DNA of 64,000 bases from Narcine bancroftii (Eukaryota). Shown in pieces: positions 63,346 through 64,000 of the stretch. The notes under the pieces were generated by a model, which ran no database searches, was not told the origin of the DNA, and was given only the letters and a program-made list of their open reading frames with translations. Made by a program: the position numbers and the translations under genes. Position 1 is the stretch's first letter. Every line of letters begins with the position of its first letter. The stretch covers positions 93,124,001-93,188,000 of the forward strand of contig NC_091476.1 of assembly GCF_036971445.1 (NCBI RefSeq), in the 5' to 3' direction.

Positions 63346-63548
63346 TAATTACATAAAATAGATATTCTGTATATCACTAACATACACAAATTGTAAATCA
63401 TGTCCATAATTCATATTCTAAATAGTTATATTTTTTAGAAAAAAACTCTTATAATATTTAAAAATTTGGACCGGTCAGTGGGACTAGGAAAAAAAATGGT
63501 TCTGCACAGACTAGAAAGGCTGAAGTGGCCTATTTCTGTGCTGTGATG

Positions 63549-63691
63549 TCCTCTGATTTGTATCTCACCTACCCTCAGTGGAAAAAGTTTATGTTTACTC
63601 TGTCCCCCTCATTTTATTCACAGTCAAGTCAGAGGTGGTGAGTGCCATTGATTTGGAGGGTTTAAAAAGGGCACCGAGGGCTAAGAGTTAA
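63549..63691 (-). repeat. Inverted duplicate of 62372-62522
   Basis: Reverse-complement match over ~145 bp, including the same chimeric junction. Confidence 0.85.
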
Positions 63692-64000
63692 TGTAATGTT
63701 CTATGGTTCTATTTAAAGAGATAGGACCTATTCTTTCCCAGTTAAAGTGAAGGGTCTTCAATGTAAAATATTCATTCTGGTTCTCTTTCCACAGATATTG
63801 CTTGACCTGCTGAATGTTTCCAGCTTTGTTTGTTTTCAATTGGGATACATTCGACAATTGACTATCCCTGACAGCCCTTTCTGGTTTAACCAAGATCTGA
63901 AATGCACGAATCACACTGTTTGCAAGGTCTTTGCTCGTGGCTAAAACTGAACAAGATTAGCCTGTCAACTGTAAGTTATTCAAAACTGATTTTTAAGTTA

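Noticed and set aside
1-64000. CRISPR arrays, rRNA genes or prokaryotic operons
   Set aside because: None seen; the sequence is vertebrate repeat-rich DNA.

Overview
Eukaryotic, AT-rich, repeat-dense vertebrate DNA. The repeat mix (HE1/V-SINE-like SINEs, many CR1 LINEs, Neptune-type Penelope elements, Rex-Babar, RTE, L1) points to an elasmobranch (ray or shark); this is an inference. Most of the window is nested, decayed transposons: a 5'-LTR-less CsRn1-type Gypsy (2958-6998), solo LTRs, CR1/RTE/Rex/L1/Penelope fragments, and Harbinger-, hAT- and Tigger-like MITEs. No intact host gene can be named. The best host-coding signal is an acidic terminal exon (16977-17667) whose upstream exon appears broken by TE insertions. 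There is also a possible small spliced transcript starting at a CpG-rich patch near 52.4 kb. The most striking observation is two independent 'fold-back LTR' palindromes (9247-9679, 50069-50475). Each is a full LTR, one A, then an inverted copy of its own U3-R starting at the poly(A) signal. Both have TG...CA ends and 5-bp TSDs, and they share the same junction although their U3 subfamilies differ. This suggests a recurrent snap-back reverse-transcription product that integrase can insert. All family assignments come from motif recognition by eye, with no database search.
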